A stretch of 63,908 nucleotides of DNA, the filler included, from Octopus bimaculoides (Eukaryota): NCBI RefSeq assembly GCF_001194135.2. It is 6 parts of 6 records of this genome, joined end to end, with 100 filler letters (N's around TTAATTAATTAA, not from the genome) between each part and the next. Parts side by side here need not be neighbours in the genome. Positions count along the whole stretch, not along the records: positions 62,642 to 63,908 come from NC_068981.1; 5 more parts are not named here. One strand, written 5' to 3'. Both the position numbers and the translations under genes were made by a program. Shown piece by piece: positions 62,875 to 63,908 of this stretch (position 1 is its first letter; each line of letters begins with the position of its first letter). The notes under the pieces are model-generated. The model made no database searches, had not been told where the DNA came from, and saw only the letters and a program-made list of their open reading frames with translations.

Positions 62875-63594
62875 TACATACATACATATATATATGCATA
62901 TATATATATATATATACACATGTATGTATATGTGCATATGTATATATACACACATATATGTATATGTTATGTTATTTTTTTGTTATATTAAATTATGCAT
63001 CCACATACATACAATGTTATTAACTGCTTCCTCAGAGTGTTATATGAAGTTTAATTAATTAATATTCACAACTCTATATAAGGAATGAGACCTGAAAACA
63101 ATGTTTGGAACACATTTGAAATAGTAAAGCTACAGAAGAATCGATGAAATAGAAGAGTATAGAATCAACAGTGGCTGGAATGGAAATAATCACTTGGGAT
63201 TAGATGAGTGCTGAAAGAGGAAAGCATGAAATCTGAAAGAATGAAAAATGGCTCAGAAAGAATTCAATTTAGTCTCAAAAGAAATTCTGAAATCTTAGGT
63301 GAGAAAAAATACAAGAAATACAAAAGATAACAAAGAAAAATGAAAGCCTTTGAAGATCTTATTACAAGTAAAACATTGTGGAATGTAATGAGATGAGTTT
63401 GTTAGAGGAGGAAAAATCTTTTGAAATGTATAAAAATATGATTTTGGATTAAAATGGATTAGGATTACATTTTGTTGTATTTTGGTTACAATGAATTACT
63501 AAGATGTTGTAAATGATATCTTGTTATAATTATATCATTATACATGACTTCATTCTGTTTCCAAGCTTTTGGTGATGTGTCTAGACAAGAAATC

Positions 63595-63637
<43 letters not shown>

Positions 63638-63908
63638 ACACGATATATATATATATATACTTATATATAGTTTTAGTGAAAATAACCAAGTTTCAAGAAC
63701 TCATCGATGAAAATCCACTATCACATATAGAAAAATTAATATTTAAAAGAACAATAAATGAGTATAATATAAAGTAAAGTAAATATCATAAGATAAATAT
63801 AATAAATATAATAACTTTGCTAAAGATTTTCTACTATTTGGAAATAATATGTATTCTTGTTTTTTATATTATTCATTTGGTTCTTTATAGATTATTTTGA
63901 TAGATAAC

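Noticed and set aside
63050-63500. Purine-rich segment resembling a decayed LINE ORF
   Set aside because: No diagnostic motif could be recovered.

Overview
AT-rich, repeat-saturated eukaryotic DNA from a gapped draft assembly (roughly 10 kb of N). The microsatellite load and SINE/LINE content suggest an octopod cephalopod, probably Octopus; this is inferred from repeat character, not demonstrated. There is no CRISPR array, rRNA gene or intact tRNA gene, and most long ORFs in the track are N-run or microsatellite artefacts. Supported DNA transposons: a Mutator/Phantom-type element with an exact 9-bp TSD (4969-6631), a Chapaev3-like deletion derivative with TIRs (15121-16311) and a mariner relic. 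Supported retroelements: three R4/Dong-like LINE fragments, a CRE-like LINE fragment, RTE-like LINE 3' ends carrying tandem C2H2 fingers, Penelope-like fragments with hammerhead-ribozyme cores, and several tRNA-derived SINE families. A phase-compatible chain of small candidate exons at 0.86-2.94 kb may belong to an unidentified host gene. The most interesting signals are (1) three RTE-type LINE tails encoding a multi-C2H2 array, (2) a 255-bp tandem repeat with a hammerhead core per unit, resembling a retrozyme, (3) retroelements repeatedly nested in (TAA)n arrays, and (4) the candidate gene. Five 100-bp N/TTAATTAATTAA/N spacers are artificial joins, so adjacency across them is unverified.
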